NCBI GenBank assembly: GCA_052034805.1
Contig: JBPOID010000005.1
Coordinates: forward strand, 119,985 to 183,984
DNA: 64,000 bases
Direction of reading: 5' to 3'
Source: Candidatus Tayloriibacteriota bacterium
GTDB lineage: Bacteria; Patescibacteriota; Minisyncoccia; Phycocordibacterales; PALSA-1337
A model generated the notes under the pieces. The model did no database searches. It was not told where the DNA came from and was given only the letters and a program-made list of their open reading frames with translations. Shown here in pieces: positions 19,686 through 29,116 of the stretch. The translations under genes were made by a program, and so were the position numbers. Position 1 is the stretch's first letter, and the number at the start of each line of letters is the position of its first letter.

Positions 19686-20870
19686 CTAGCATTTTCTATA
19701 GAGTGAAGCAAATGTCTTATTTTTCATATCATTTGCTATTATATTCCAATCATATCTTTGTTTTACAATATCTTTTGCTGTTTTTATTATATTAGTTCTC
19801 AATACTTCATCATTCAATAATTCACCAACAGAATCTGATATACTTTTTGGATTATTGACCTTACAGAATATACCTGTCTTTCTATCTTCTAAAAAATCTA
19901 CTATTCCACCCACAGGCGTAGCAATGACAGGTATTCCGGAAGCAAATGCTTCAACAAAAGATATACCGAATCCTTCGGATAAAGATGGTCTTATGAATAT
20001 ATTTGAAATATGTAAATAAATAGGTATTTCTTTATTTGGTACAAATCCTACAAATCTTACTCTATTCTCTAATTTCAATAATTTTGTCTTATCTTTTAAA
20101 AGTTTCTCTTGGGGACCAGTACCTATAATAAGTAATTTTATATTTTCATCTAAATATAATAATGAATCTATAATATCTCCTACTGCATTTTTTGCTACTA
20201 GACGAGAAGTTGTGATGAGTATGGTGTCGAAAGAATTTAGATTTAATTCATGCAATAAAGCCTTCATTTGTCCTGAACTTGGTTTTTCTTTGAAGAAATC
20301 ATAATTTACACCATTTGGAATAACAGATATTGGACAATTCGCATTCATACTTCTACCAAAATCTGCGAGAAAATGTGATATAGCTTGTATACTATCTGCT
20401 TTTTTGAATATCTTTACATAAAGAGGATACATAATTCCTACTGATTTCTTTATATGCTCTATAGAATCTCCTTCTTGTAAGGTTAATAAAAATGGTATTT
20501 TTTTATATATAGTTTTGAAAAATAGAGCAGAAAATCCATTGAAACTTGCCATTATAGACCAAATAAAATCATATTTTCTCTTATGATTTAGAATTATAGC
20601 TTTCAATAATGCAAATACAATATATTGAAACTTTACCAAATAAGATATCTTTGGGACGGTATTTCCTATTATATTTATATGAGAACCTACTCTATATACA
20701 TTTATATTTCCTATACGTTCATAACGACTTTTACCCGCATAGAGAGTGATCATATCGAATTCTATTTCATTTGTAGATATTCTATCTGTAATCTCTTTTA
20801 CAGCAATTTCCGCCCCGCCCACTAGATGCGGGAAATATGCTAGTGAGAATATTAGTGATCTTTTTGGCAT
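19686..20870 (-). CDS. glycosyltransferase family 1 (GT4-type)
   Basis: The C-terminal GT-B motifs are RPSLSEGFGISFVEAFASGIPVIATPVGG...DRKTG. Confidence 0.7.
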   Translation of the reverse strand: MPKRSLIFSLAYFPHLVGGAEIAVKEITDRISTNEIEFDMITLYAGKSRYERIGNINVYRVGSHINIIGNTVPKISYLVKFQYIVFALLKAIILNHKRKYDFIWSIMASFNGFSALFFKTIYKKIPFLLTLQEGDSIEHIKKSVGIMYPLYVKIFKKADSIQAISHFLADFGRSMNANCPISVIPNGVNYDFFKEKPSSGQMKALLHELNLNSFDTILITTSRLVAKNAVGDIIDSLLYLDENIKLLIIGTGPQEKLLKDKTKLLKLENRVRFVGFVPNKEIPIYLHISNIFIRPSLSEGFGISFVEAFASGIPVIATPVGGIVDFLEDRKTGIFCKVNNPKSISDSVGELLNDEVLRTNIIKTAKDIVKQRYDWNIIANDMKNKTFASLYRKC

Positions 20871-20875
20871 AATAT

Positions 20876-22675
20876 TTAATCTGTTTTCAATATTTCTCTC
20901 AATTTATCCTCCGATATCTCTTTTATATTATGAAAACTATTATCTTTCCTATTATCTATAACTTTAGACTTTTCTATATCTTTTGCAAGATTTTCTCTCT
21001 CTTTATTTTCTACAACATTATTCATTTTATTTTTCGTATTGACCTTACCGAGAACCGAAGCCAGAGCATCTCTTAATTCATTTACTTTCTCTGGTGTAGC
21101 TTCTTTTATATTATGTGAGCTATGATGATGTGAATTTTGGTTAATATTCTGAGTATTCTGATTTGTATGAGGATTGTTATGGGAATTTGTATGATGCGTC
21201 AAACTTGAAAGTGGCATTGTTTTATTTTCTTGTTTTATTTCTTGCTTTATCTCATTTTTGATTTCAGGTTTCATTTCAGATCTGATTTCTGATTTTATCT
21301 CAGTTTTATTTTTATTTTCATATTGTTTTATATCTGGTTTATGTTCTTCTTTAAATTCTGTCTTTACTTTTGGTTTATTCATAGGAGCTATAGGTGCATG
21401 CCAATCACTTATATCTTTCTCTACTACAGCTCTATCTTTTGCAAATTGCTTTCTAGATTCTTCTATAACTTTATTTACATTTGAGACTTCTGGTTGAGCT
21501 ATAGGTGGAAGAGTTGTTGCAGAAAAAGGATGTGAACTTATACCATCTATCATTAATTTTAAATATATTTGAGCAAAACCTAGATTTACTATATCCTCAG
21601 CTGTAAACTCTGGAGCAAATTCTTTTTCTAGAACCTCGGCATCATAAGAACCAACTCGAAACACTATCATGGTCCCCACGTTACCGAAAACTGCAGCTCT
21701 CACTTCCTCCTCCATTTGCTCTATATACTGATGTGCCATTGTCAGATTTAATTTATACTTTCTAGCCTCGGAGAGTATATCCGCGAAGCTTTCATTTGCA
21801 AAAGATTGGAATTCATCTACAAAAAGATAGAAATTTGGTAAACCTTTTAGAACTTTATCTGGAACATCGGCACGAGACAGCGCTGCTAAATATATTTTTG
21901 TTATAAGCATTCCACCTAGAAGATTTGCATTAGTTTCACCTATTCTTCCTTTTGATAGGTTTATTATCATAATCTTCCTTTTATCCATCATCTCTCTTAT
22001 ATTGAATGATGATTTCGGCTGACCTATCATATTTCTGATAAGAGCATTTGCAGTGAATTGACCTATTTTATTTTGTATTGCTGGTACAGCTTCTGCTGCC
22101 ATTCTTTCTGTATAATTTGCAAATTCATCCACCCAAAAAGTTTTTACGGAAGGATCTGTAACATGAGAAACTACTTTTTTTCTATATTCTTTATCAGAAA
22201 GCATTCTATTTACACCGAGGAGAGTTGCTTCTGGATATTCAAGCAAAGCAAGTAAAGTGTTTGTAAGTATATATTCCATACGAGCAGACCATGCATCTTG
22301 CCAGATTTTCTTGAATGTACTCATGAGTCCAGACACGACTAGATGTCTTTTGTCAGCATCTACACTTTCGAGCACATTGAATGAGATGGGATATTCCATA
22401 TCAAAGGGTGCAAAATACACCACATCTTTTATTCTTTCTTCTGGAATATATTCGAGCAAGAGATCAGCAGTCTTTCCATGAGGATCTATGAATGCCATAC
22501 CTTCACCATTCTTTATATCCTGTACAGCCATATTCTCGAGCAAGGTAGATTTACCCATACCTGTCTTTCCTATTACATATACATGTCTAGTACGGTCTTT
22601 GGCTTTTATACCAAAGGCTGTTCTTTTATTTCTAGCATCGGTTTCTGCAAAGTACGTTACTCTTTCTTCATTCAT
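20876..22675 (-). CDS. P-loop ATPase of the TraG/TraD/VirD4 (TrwB AAD-binding) / HerA-DUF87-like superfamily, with a His/Asn/Lys-rich low-complexity C-terminus
   Basis: It has a Walker A (VIGKTGMGKST), a DPHGK motif, and a Walker B (LFVDEFQ). The start was moved to the MNEERVTYFAE methionine, because the upstream extension runs through a terminator hairpin. Confidence 0.45.
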   Translation of the reverse strand: MNEERVTYFAETDARNKRTAFGIKAKDRTRHVYVIGKTGMGKSTLLENMAVQDIKNGEGMAFIDPHGKTADLLLEYIPEERIKDVVYFAPFDMEYPISFNVLESVDADKRHLVVSGLMSTFKKIWQDAWSARMEYILTNTLLALLEYPEATLLGVNRMLSDKEYRKKVVSHVTDPSVKTFWVDEFANYTERMAAEAVPAIQNKIGQFTANALIRNMIGQPKSSFNIREMMDKRKIMIINLSKGRIGETNANLLGGMLITKIYLAALSRADVPDKVLKGLPNFYLFVDEFQSFANESFADILSEARKYKLNLTMAHQYIEQMEEEVRAAVFGNVGTMIVFRVGSYDAEVLEKEFAPEFTAEDIVNLGFAQIYLKLMIDGISSHPFSATTLPPIAQPEVSNVNKVIEESRKQFAKDRAVVEKDISDWHAPIAPMNKPKVKTEFKEEHKPDIKQYENKNKTEIKSEIRSEMKPEIKNEIKQEIKQENKTMPLSSLTHHTNSHNNPHTNQNTQNINQNSHHHSSHNIKEATPEKVNELRDALASVLGKVNTKNKMNNVVENKERENLAKDIEKSKVIDNRKDNSFHNIKEISEDKLREILKTD

Positions 22676-22721
22676 AATATAGTGATTTATTATCACTATT
22701 TTAACATAAATAAAATAAATA

Positions 22722-22768
22722 TAATACAAAAAGAATCCCCGAACGCATATCCATTCATGCGTTCGGGG
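22722..22768 (-). terminator. rho-independent terminator downstream of the small ORF at 22799-22987
   Basis: On the minus strand, the hairpin ccccgaacgcat...atgcgttcgggg is followed by attctttttgt. Confidence 0.5.
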
Positions 22769-22798
22769 AAACGAAATCAAGATCACTCCTTTTGGATA

Positions 22799-22987
22799 TT
22801 AGACCCTGACTGAAACTGACGTACCTGTCGACTTCCTACTCGACTGATACAACTTCAAAGCCTCTTCTTTCTTCCTGTTCTCTTCCTCCGCAGCTTTTGC
22901 TCTGAGAGCATCATATTCAGCAAGGGTAATCTCTACCCTCTTGCCATCAGGCCCTCGATGAAACAACTTACGATCTGTTGCAGCCAT
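22799..22987 (-). CDS. hypothetical small protein (62 aa) in a locally GC-rich segment
   Basis: It encodes MAATDRKLFHRGPDGKRVEITLAEYDALRAKAAEEENRKKEEALK.... It is followed by a strong terminator. No family was recognised. Confidence 0.3.
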   Translation of the reverse strand: MAATDRKLFHRGPDGKRVEITLAEYDALRAKAAEEENRKKEEALKLYQSSRKSTGTSVSVRV

Positions 22988-23111
22988 AAGCTTCTTCTAG
23001 TCTATTTTTACCTCCAACAACTGACAAGGTATTGTCCCTTACTCCCATAAGGGCGCCTTGACTTATATTGTTGGCTCCGGAATAAAATAATACTCTTATA
23101 ATCTAAAATAG

Positions 23112-24314
23112 TCAAGGGTTCGTAGAAGTAGCGGTTGTGGATGCAATATCCAAAGCAGAATAAGTATAATTATTCGAAGCATTCCACATCATCCAGCTAT
23201 CAAGACCTACATCATATACTGCTCTCTTTTCTTCTCTTATCATATCGCTTGTATAATACGTACCACCAATACTGAAATCCTGTAACCAAGGTCTAAGCTT
23301 CATAGGACTGGATGTTGCAGTGATTGCTCTATTGTATGCTCTAGACATAGCGAAATATATAACATCATAAGGTTTTTCTGCTGGCTTTTTCCAACCATTG
23401 AAATTCGGTGGATAATGAGATGGATAGACCATAGGTGCAACGAAATCAAAATGTGCCAAAGCATTCTCTAAAACCTGACCAATACCTAAATCATCAGTAT
23501 TAGAAGTAGTCATACCGAAAAGATCGGCAGATATTGGGATATTTCTAGGTCTAAATTCATTATCTATGTAAATGAAAAATTCTTTTATAGCTTCTGATTT
23601 TATTTTTCCTTCACTGTATGTATATTTTATATCAGACATATTTCCATCTGATGGAAAACGTATATAATCAAAATTTAATTCATCAAATCCCAATGAATAT
23701 GCTTCATTACCTATATCTCTTATATAATTCCATACAGGTTTCGCACCCACATCAAGCCAACTCACACCTTTATAATCTTTCCAAACTTCACCAGATTTTG
23801 TCTTTACGGCATATTCTGGAAATCTCTTTACAAAAAATGAATCTTGAAATGTCGATATACGTCCTATAACATATATACCTTTATCATGTAGAGTCTGTAT
23901 GAATTCTTTTATATCTTTTACCCTTTCTTCAGATGAACCAACCTTTATAAGATCAGGGTTAGTAACAGCAAATCCTATACGTCCTGTATAATCCTTTATA
24001 TCCAGAACAATAGAATTCAATTCTGTAGTATCTACAATATTTACCAATTTATCTCTTTTATCTTTATTACCAGCAACCCAGTTCGTCATATATAAAGCTT
24101 TTACAACTTTCGGTGTCTTTATATGAGATATTTTTATTTTCTCTATTTCCTTTACACTAGATACAGTATCTGCCGTTATTGATTCTTTCAAAGAAGAAGA
24201 ACTATATACCTCGTATGTCATAGGTATTTCATAAACTATAAAAGCAAATAGAAATATTACTATGATTACAAATAAAGATCTCTTAGTAGTATTTGCTATT
24301 CTAGCTTTACTCAT
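23112..24314 (-). CDS. putative glycoside hydrolase-like TIM-barrel protein (DUF4015-like)
   Basis: It has an N-terminal TM anchor. The motifs IVLDIKDYTGRIGF...GIYVIGRISTFQD...WLDVGAKPVWNYIRDIGNEAYSLGFDELNFDYIRFP match the GHL/DUF4015 pattern. Confidence 0.4.
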   Translation of the reverse strand: MSKARIANTTKRSLFVIIVIFLFAFIVYEIPMTYEVYSSSSLKESITADTVSSVKEIEKIKISHIKTPKVVKALYMTNWVAGNKDKRDKLVNIVDTTELNSIVLDIKDYTGRIGFAVTNPDLIKVGSSEERVKDIKEFIQTLHDKGIYVIGRISTFQDSFFVKRFPEYAVKTKSGEVWKDYKGVSWLDVGAKPVWNYIRDIGNEAYSLGFDELNFDYIRFPSDGNMSDIKYTYSEGKIKSEAIKEFFIYIDNEFRPRNIPISADLFGMTTSNTDDLGIGQVLENALAHFDFVAPMVYPSHYPPNFNGWKKPAEKPYDVIYFAMSRAYNRAITATSSPMKLRPWLQDFSIGGTYYTSDMIREEKRAVYDVGLDSWMMWNASNNYTYSALDIASTTATSTNP

Positions 24315-24529
24315 TATACAGTCTTATTATCTATATTATTTTCTTTTTTATTCTCTACGAAACTATCTATTTTTTCTTTCCTTTCTTTAGGTGGAATATT
24401 GTATGATACAGCGATTATGATAAGACCAGTTATAACATATAAAGTCTTTATCCAAAAAGAAGGTATACCCAAGAATACAAGGACCATAACCCATACACCC
24501 AAAATACTCAGCACTTGTCTTTTTGACAT
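24314..24529 (-). CDS. hypothetical small membrane protein
   Basis: It is 71 aa with two TM helices. Confidence 0.25.
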   Translation of the reverse strand: MSKRQVLSILGVWVMVLVFLGIPSFWIKTLYVITGLIIIAVSYNIPPKERKEKIDSFVENKKENNIDNKTV

Positions 24530-24564
24530 ATTTTTTTAAAAAAGATTAATGCAGTTATTATACA

Positions 24565-25254
24565 CTATATTTCTGAAACAATGACAACGAATTCACCTTT
24601 CTGTTTCTCTTCATTATTATTTAATATTTCCAATATTTCTTCTGCACTACCTTGTAGTACTTCTTCATATATTTTAGTTATTTCACGAACTATAGTGATT
24701 TTCTTTTTTATATTCTTTAAAGATTCTAAGGTCTTCAATATTCTATGTGTACTTTCATAGAATATAACCGTTCTATCTTCTTTTTCTATTTCTTTAAATA
24801 TTGTTTCTCTACCCTTCTTATGTGGCATAAAACCCAAGAAAATAAACTCGTGACTAGGTACACCAGCTATAGATAATGCCGCGGTCAATGCCGATGGACC
24901 TGGTATTGCTTCTATTTTCAATTCATTTGATTTTATTTTATCTTGGAAATTTTCTCTTATCTTGGATACAAGCAAAGATCCTGGATCAGATATACCAGGA
25001 GTACCCGCATCTGTAACTAAAGCTATATTTTTGCCTTCGGATATTTTTTCTAAAATCAATTCGACTTTAGTATCTCCACTTTGGGAATGATAACTCAATG
25101 TGGGTGTGTTTATACTATATTTATCGAAAATTCTCTTGGTCATACGTGTATCTTCACATAGAACTATATCGACAGAAGACAATATACGTATAGCGTGAAA
25201 GCTAATATCTTCTAGATTTCCTATTGGCGTAGCTATAACATAAAAAGTAGACAT
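24565..25254 (-). CDS. rsmI: 16S rRNA (cytidine1402-2'-O)-methyltransferase RsmI (tetrapyrrole methylase fold)
   Basis: The N-terminus reads FYVIATPIGNLEDIS...VDIVLCEDTR...VTDAGTPGISDPG. Confidence 0.8.
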   Translation of the reverse strand: MSTFYVIATPIGNLEDISFHAIRILSSVDIVLCEDTRMTKRIFDKYSINTPTLSYHSQSGDTKVELILEKISEGKNIALVTDAGTPGISDPGSLLVSKIRENFQDKIKSNELKIEAIPGPSALTAALSIAGVPSHEFIFLGFMPHKKGRETIFKEIEKEDRTVIFYESTHRILKTLESLKNIKKKITIVREITKIYEEVLQGSAEEILEILNNNEEKQKGEFVVIVSEI

Positions 25255-25281
25255 AACGTTATAATATACTACACTATCTAT

Positions 25282-26490
25282 ATGGCAAGTATTGTATATA
25301 TAGCAAGAGATATAGAAAGAGCTTTAGGCAAGGAACCTAAAGGCGATTATTATATTATTACAAACAAAACATCATACGGAATAGAAATAAAAAACAAATT
25401 CCCAGATAATATTTTCCTTATAGAAAATAAAGAAATATTAGATACTTATGATCTATTAGCAAGAGAAGATGTAAAAGAAATAATAAATAAATTAAAGGCA
25501 AAAATCCTTGTATTCAAAAATACTTTGAATATAGAAGATTTCTGCAAAGAAAATAATTGGGAATTATTGAATCCAGACGCTAGATTATCTGATATAGCAG
25601 AAAACAAAATATCTCAAGTCTCATGGTTAGGAGAATTAGCATCTCTATTGCCACCACATTCTATAGATATGGTAAAAAATATAAAATGGAATAAAAAACC
25701 TTTTATATTGCAATGGTCACATGGACATACAGGTGACGGAACAATACTCATTCAAAATGAAAAAGATTTAGAAAATATAAAAACAAAATTCCCACATAGA
25801 GACGCTAGAATTACAGATTTTATAAAAGGACCAGTATTCACCATGAATATAGTTGTAGGAGAAAAAGAAATATTATTCGGAAATATTAGTTATCAGATAA
25901 CTGGTATATCTCCTTTCACAGAGAATCCTTTCAGTACAATAGGAAATGATTGGTCAGTGCCATATACAATACTAAGTGAAGAAAATCTAAAAGAATTCCA
26001 TAGCATAGCAAACGATATAGCAAAGAAAATGCAAAAATCAAAATGGTTAGGACTTTTCGGTATTGATATTATATATGATGAAGAAAGAAATAAACTTCAT
26101 TTATTAGAAATAAACGGTAGACAACCCGCCTCGACAACATTTGAATCAGAATTGCAATCAAAAATAAATACAGAAGCAAAAACAGAGAAAAAAACAGAGA
26201 AAGGTGAAGCCATAACAATATTTGAAGCTCATATAAAAGCTCTTAATCGAGAGCTTAAAGGAAATAGTATTATAGTAATAAATGACGGTGCACAGATATT
26301 ACAGAGATTAACAAAAGAAAATTTGAAAATAAATACAAATAAAATTATCGAAGCAGGATATAAAGTGATAGAATATCAAAATACAAAAATCAATTCAGAT
26401 TATCTGAGAATACAGAGCGATAAAGGCATAATGGAAACTCATAATAAATTCAACAGTAGAGGAAAAGAAATATTACAATCACTAATATAG
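25282..26490 (+). CDS. ATP-grasp domain protein
   Basis: The central and C-terminal ATP-grasp pattern is ILQWSHGHTGDGTILIQNEKDL...WLGLFGIDIIYDE...LLEINGRQPAST. Confidence 0.5.
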   Translation: MASIVYIARDIERALGKEPKGDYYIITNKTSYGIEIKNKFPDNIFLIENKEILDTYDLLAREDVKEIINKLKAKILVFKNTLNIEDFCKENNWELLNPDARLSDIAENKISQVSWLGELASLLPPHSIDMVKNIKWNKKPFILQWSHGHTGDGTILIQNEKDLENIKTKFPHRDARITDFIKGPVFTMNIVVGEKEILFGNISYQITGISPFTENPFSTIGNDWSVPYTILSEENLKEFHSIANDIAKKMQKSKWLGLFGIDIIYDEERNKLHLLEINGRQPASTTFESELQSKINTEAKTEKKTEKGEAITIFEAHIKALNRELKGNSIIVINDGAQILQRLTKENLKINTNKIIEAGYKVIEYQNTKINSDYLRIQSDKGIMETHNKFNSRGKEILQSLI

Positions 26491-26526
26491 AATAAATATT
26501 CTATATATTTAGATAAATTTTTCAAA

Positions 26527-27303
26527 ATGAATACAAAATTTATATCATCAAAAGCTTTAACGATTATAGACCAATACAAAAATTTCCAAATAGGAAATGC
26601 TATTTGTTCTATACCCTATTACAATAATAAAATAAGCACAGTTAGAGCTGGACTCAGAGTAAATATTGGAAAAGGTAGTGCGAAAGATATATATGATGAA
26701 ATAGAAAGACTTTCAATAATACAGAAATTTGATATCAAATCATTCAATAATGATAATCTAAAAAAGTTCTTAGTAGATAATAATATAGGAATAGATTGTT
26801 CTGCTTTCGCGTATTATGTATTGGAAGCCGAGAGTATAGATAGAGGCAAAGGAAATCTCGACAAGATTCTATCTTTCCCTTTTTGCAAGGGATTATTCGG
26901 AAGTATAAAAAGTAAATTAAGACCAGTAGAAAACGCTAGTGTAGAAACATTTGCTCATGAGAAAAATAGCAGAATAATAAATATAAAAGATATATCCGTC
27001 GGAGATATGATAATAATATTAGGTAATAAAGAAGGAAATGATAGAAATCATATACTTATAATAAATCAAATAGAATATCAAAACTTCATACCAACAAATA
27101 TACATTATGTACATGCTATAGCTTGGCCAACTAATGGAAAATACGATACCGGTATTCATGAAGGAGAAATAGAAATAAAAGATATAAATAAAAGTATTAT
27201 TGAACAGAATTGGATAGAAAATAATGCAATAGGAAATGAAAATTACACTTTCTCAAAAGCTTTAGACGGTAAAACTAATATATACAGACTGAATCATTTT
27301 TGA
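26527..27303 (+). CDS. NlpC/P60-like papain-fold hydrolase candidate
   Basis: There is a candidate catalytic Cys in GIDCSAFAYYVL. A His lies in GDMIIILGNKEGNDRNHILIINQI, which resembles the NlpC/P60 GD..FF..HVGI block. Confidence 0.3.
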   Translation: MNTKFISSKALTIIDQYKNFQIGNAICSIPYYNNKISTVRAGLRVNIGKGSAKDIYDEIERLSIIQKFDIKSFNNDNLKKFLVDNNIGIDCSAFAYYVLEAESIDRGKGNLDKILSFPFCKGLFGSIKSKLRPVENASVETFAHEKNSRIINIKDISVGDMIIILGNKEGNDRNHILIINQIEYQNFIPTNIHYVHAIAWPTNGKYDTGIHEGEIEIKDINKSIIEQNWIENNAIGNENYTFSKALDGKTNIYRLNHF

Positions 27304-27334
27304 TTGAAAAATATAGCTATTTCATGGTAAAGTA

Positions 27335-28468
27335 TTGATTATGATAAGCATACTAGAAGGTACAGCTGATCTAGGCTATATATTAGGCTTTGCTATATAT
27401 GCATGTCTTCTCTCTTTTATATTAGCTCCTATACTTATAAAATATTTAAAATATTTTCATATAATCAAACCTCCAAAAACAGAATTAATTTCTATAGAAT
27501 CTCGCAAAGGCAAAGACAATACACCGATAATGGGAGGTCTGCTCGTTATAATAACAGTAGCAATAATCACTATAAATTTTAATTGGTCAAGAAGTTTCAC
27601 ATGGGTACCGATAGGTATAATGCTTCTATCAGCTTTGCTTGGAGGAATAGATGATCTTATGAATATTTTCGGTACAGAGAGAAGATCAAGAAAGCTTTCT
27701 CATATAATAAAATTAATAAAAATACACAAGGAATTCAAAATGAGATTATGGTATATAATCACATTCCCTTGGACAATATTCAAAAGAACTTCAGTATGGA
27801 TCGGCTCTAGACCAGGAAAAGGTATTCATGTTCATGAGAAATTATTATTACAATTCATCGCTGGTTCCATAACAGCATGGTGGGTATATGCGAAACTAGG
27901 ACCAGCATGGCATTATATTTATTTACCTTTTAAATACGAAATATATGCAGGATGGTTTATCATACCAATAATAATATTTATAGTTATGTTTACCGCAAAT
28001 GCTGTGAATATAGCTGACGGTATGGATGGTCTGTCTGGTGGAATGCTTTTATCTTCTTTTAGTGCATTAACTTTATTGAGTTGGATAAATGGTTTCGGAG
28101 AAATAGCAATAATAAATTCAACCGCAGTGGGAGCCTTAGTTGCATATACATATTTCAATATAAAACCAGCAAGATTCATGATGGGAGATGTAGGATCATT
28201 AGGCCTTGGAGCATTATTCGCGGTAAATACCCTAGCCATAGGAGAAATAGGATCTATTTTATTTTTGGGTTTTGTTTTTTATGTGGAAGCCTTCAGTGTC
28301 CTTATACAAGTTTTTGGAAAATATATATTAGGAAGAAAGATATTCCGCATGGCACCATTACATCATCATTTTGAACTAATAGGATGGAGTGAAGAGAAAA
28401 CAATAATGCGTTTTTGGATTATACATTTTATCTTTGTTATATTCGGAATATGGTTAGCATTACACTAA
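27335..28468 (+). CDS. mraY: phospho-N-acetylmuramoyl-pentapeptide transferase (MraY/WecA GT4 family)
   Basis: It has NAVNIADGMDGLSGGM and PLHHHFELIGWSE (the MraY HHH motif) and a polytopic topology. Confidence 0.65.
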   Translation: MIMISILEGTADLGYILGFAIYACLLSFILAPILIKYLKYFHIIKPPKTELISIESRKGKDNTPIMGGLLVIITVAIITINFNWSRSFTWVPIGIMLLSALLGGIDDLMNIFGTERRSRKLSHIIKLIKIHKEFKMRLWYIITFPWTIFKRTSVWIGSRPGKGIHVHEKLLLQFIAGSITAWWVYAKLGPAWHYIYLPFKYEIYAGWFIIPIIIFIVMFTANAVNIADGMDGLSGGMLLSSFSALTLLSWINGFGEIAIINSTAVGALVAYTYFNIKPARFMMGDVGSLGLGALFAVNTLAIGEIGSILFLGFVFYVEAFSVLIQVFGKYILGRKIFRMAPLHHHFELIGWSEEKTIMRFWIIHFIFVIFGIWLALH

Positions 28469-28477
28469 AAAGATTAT

Positions 28478-29116
28478 ATGTCATATCTAAAATGGAAAGA
28501 AGAGAGAATAAAAGATAATAGTGAAGAATACATTTCTAAAATGTATGATAATGGCTTCGTCTTTACACGTATAGGAAAAGATTTGATGCAACAGACCAGA
28601 AGTATACGTATAGACTTATCAAAATTCGAATTATCTAGTGAAAATAAAAGAATATTGAAAAAGATAGAAGGTATAGAAATAAGATCAGATAATATACCCT
28701 ATGATAAATATGATTGGAAAATAGGAAAGATAGGAAAAGATTTCTATGAAAGCCGTAAAGCGGATTTCAGTGCAAATAAAATAAAAGAATTAATAACAGA
28801 TTCTAAAAGCAATTTTAATTTACTTCTTAATTTCTCTGATATCGGTTTCGCTATATGTTATTACAATAAAGATATAATTCATTATTCATATCCATTTTAT
28901 AATATAGAGAAAACTGGGAAAGATATGGGTTTAGGCATGATGATAAAGAGTATAATCTGGGCAAAAGAAAAAGGACTTAAATATATTTATTTAGGATCTC
29001 TACAAAGACCAAGTGATGTATATAAATTACAATTTTCTGGAATAGAGTGGTTCGATGAAAATAAATGGAGTGGAGATTTAGAAGAGGTAAAGAAAGTTTT
29101 AGGTGATATTAAATAA
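28478..29116 (+). CDS. ATE/Bpt-like aminoacyl-tRNA--protein transferase homolog (GNAT-fold C-terminal domain), lacking the N-terminal Cys cluster
   Basis: LKYIYLGSLQRPSDVYKLQFSGIEWFD aligns to Bpt LPYLYLGYWV...KMGYKSRFRPLE. FTRIGKD...RSIRIDLSKFELSSENKRILKK aligns to FRRSG...RVDTQHFRPSRSQRRVWKR. Confidence 0.45.
   Translation: MSYLKWKEERIKDNSEEYISKMYDNGFVFTRIGKDLMQQTRSIRIDLSKFELSSENKRILKKIEGIEIRSDNIPYDKYDWKIGKIGKDFYESRKADFSANKIKELITDSKSNFNLLLNFSDIGFAICYYNKDIIHYSYPFYNIEKTGKDMGLGMMIKSIIWAKEKGLKYIYLGSLQRPSDVYKLQFSGIEWFDENKWSGDLEEVKKVLGDIK

Noticed and set aside
20876-22786. The annotated 636-aa start of the ATPase (MILISFPRTHEW...).
   Set aside because: The first 37 codons are translated through a rho-independent terminator hairpin and AT-rich spacer. 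The conserved protein begins at MNEERVTYFAE at 22675.
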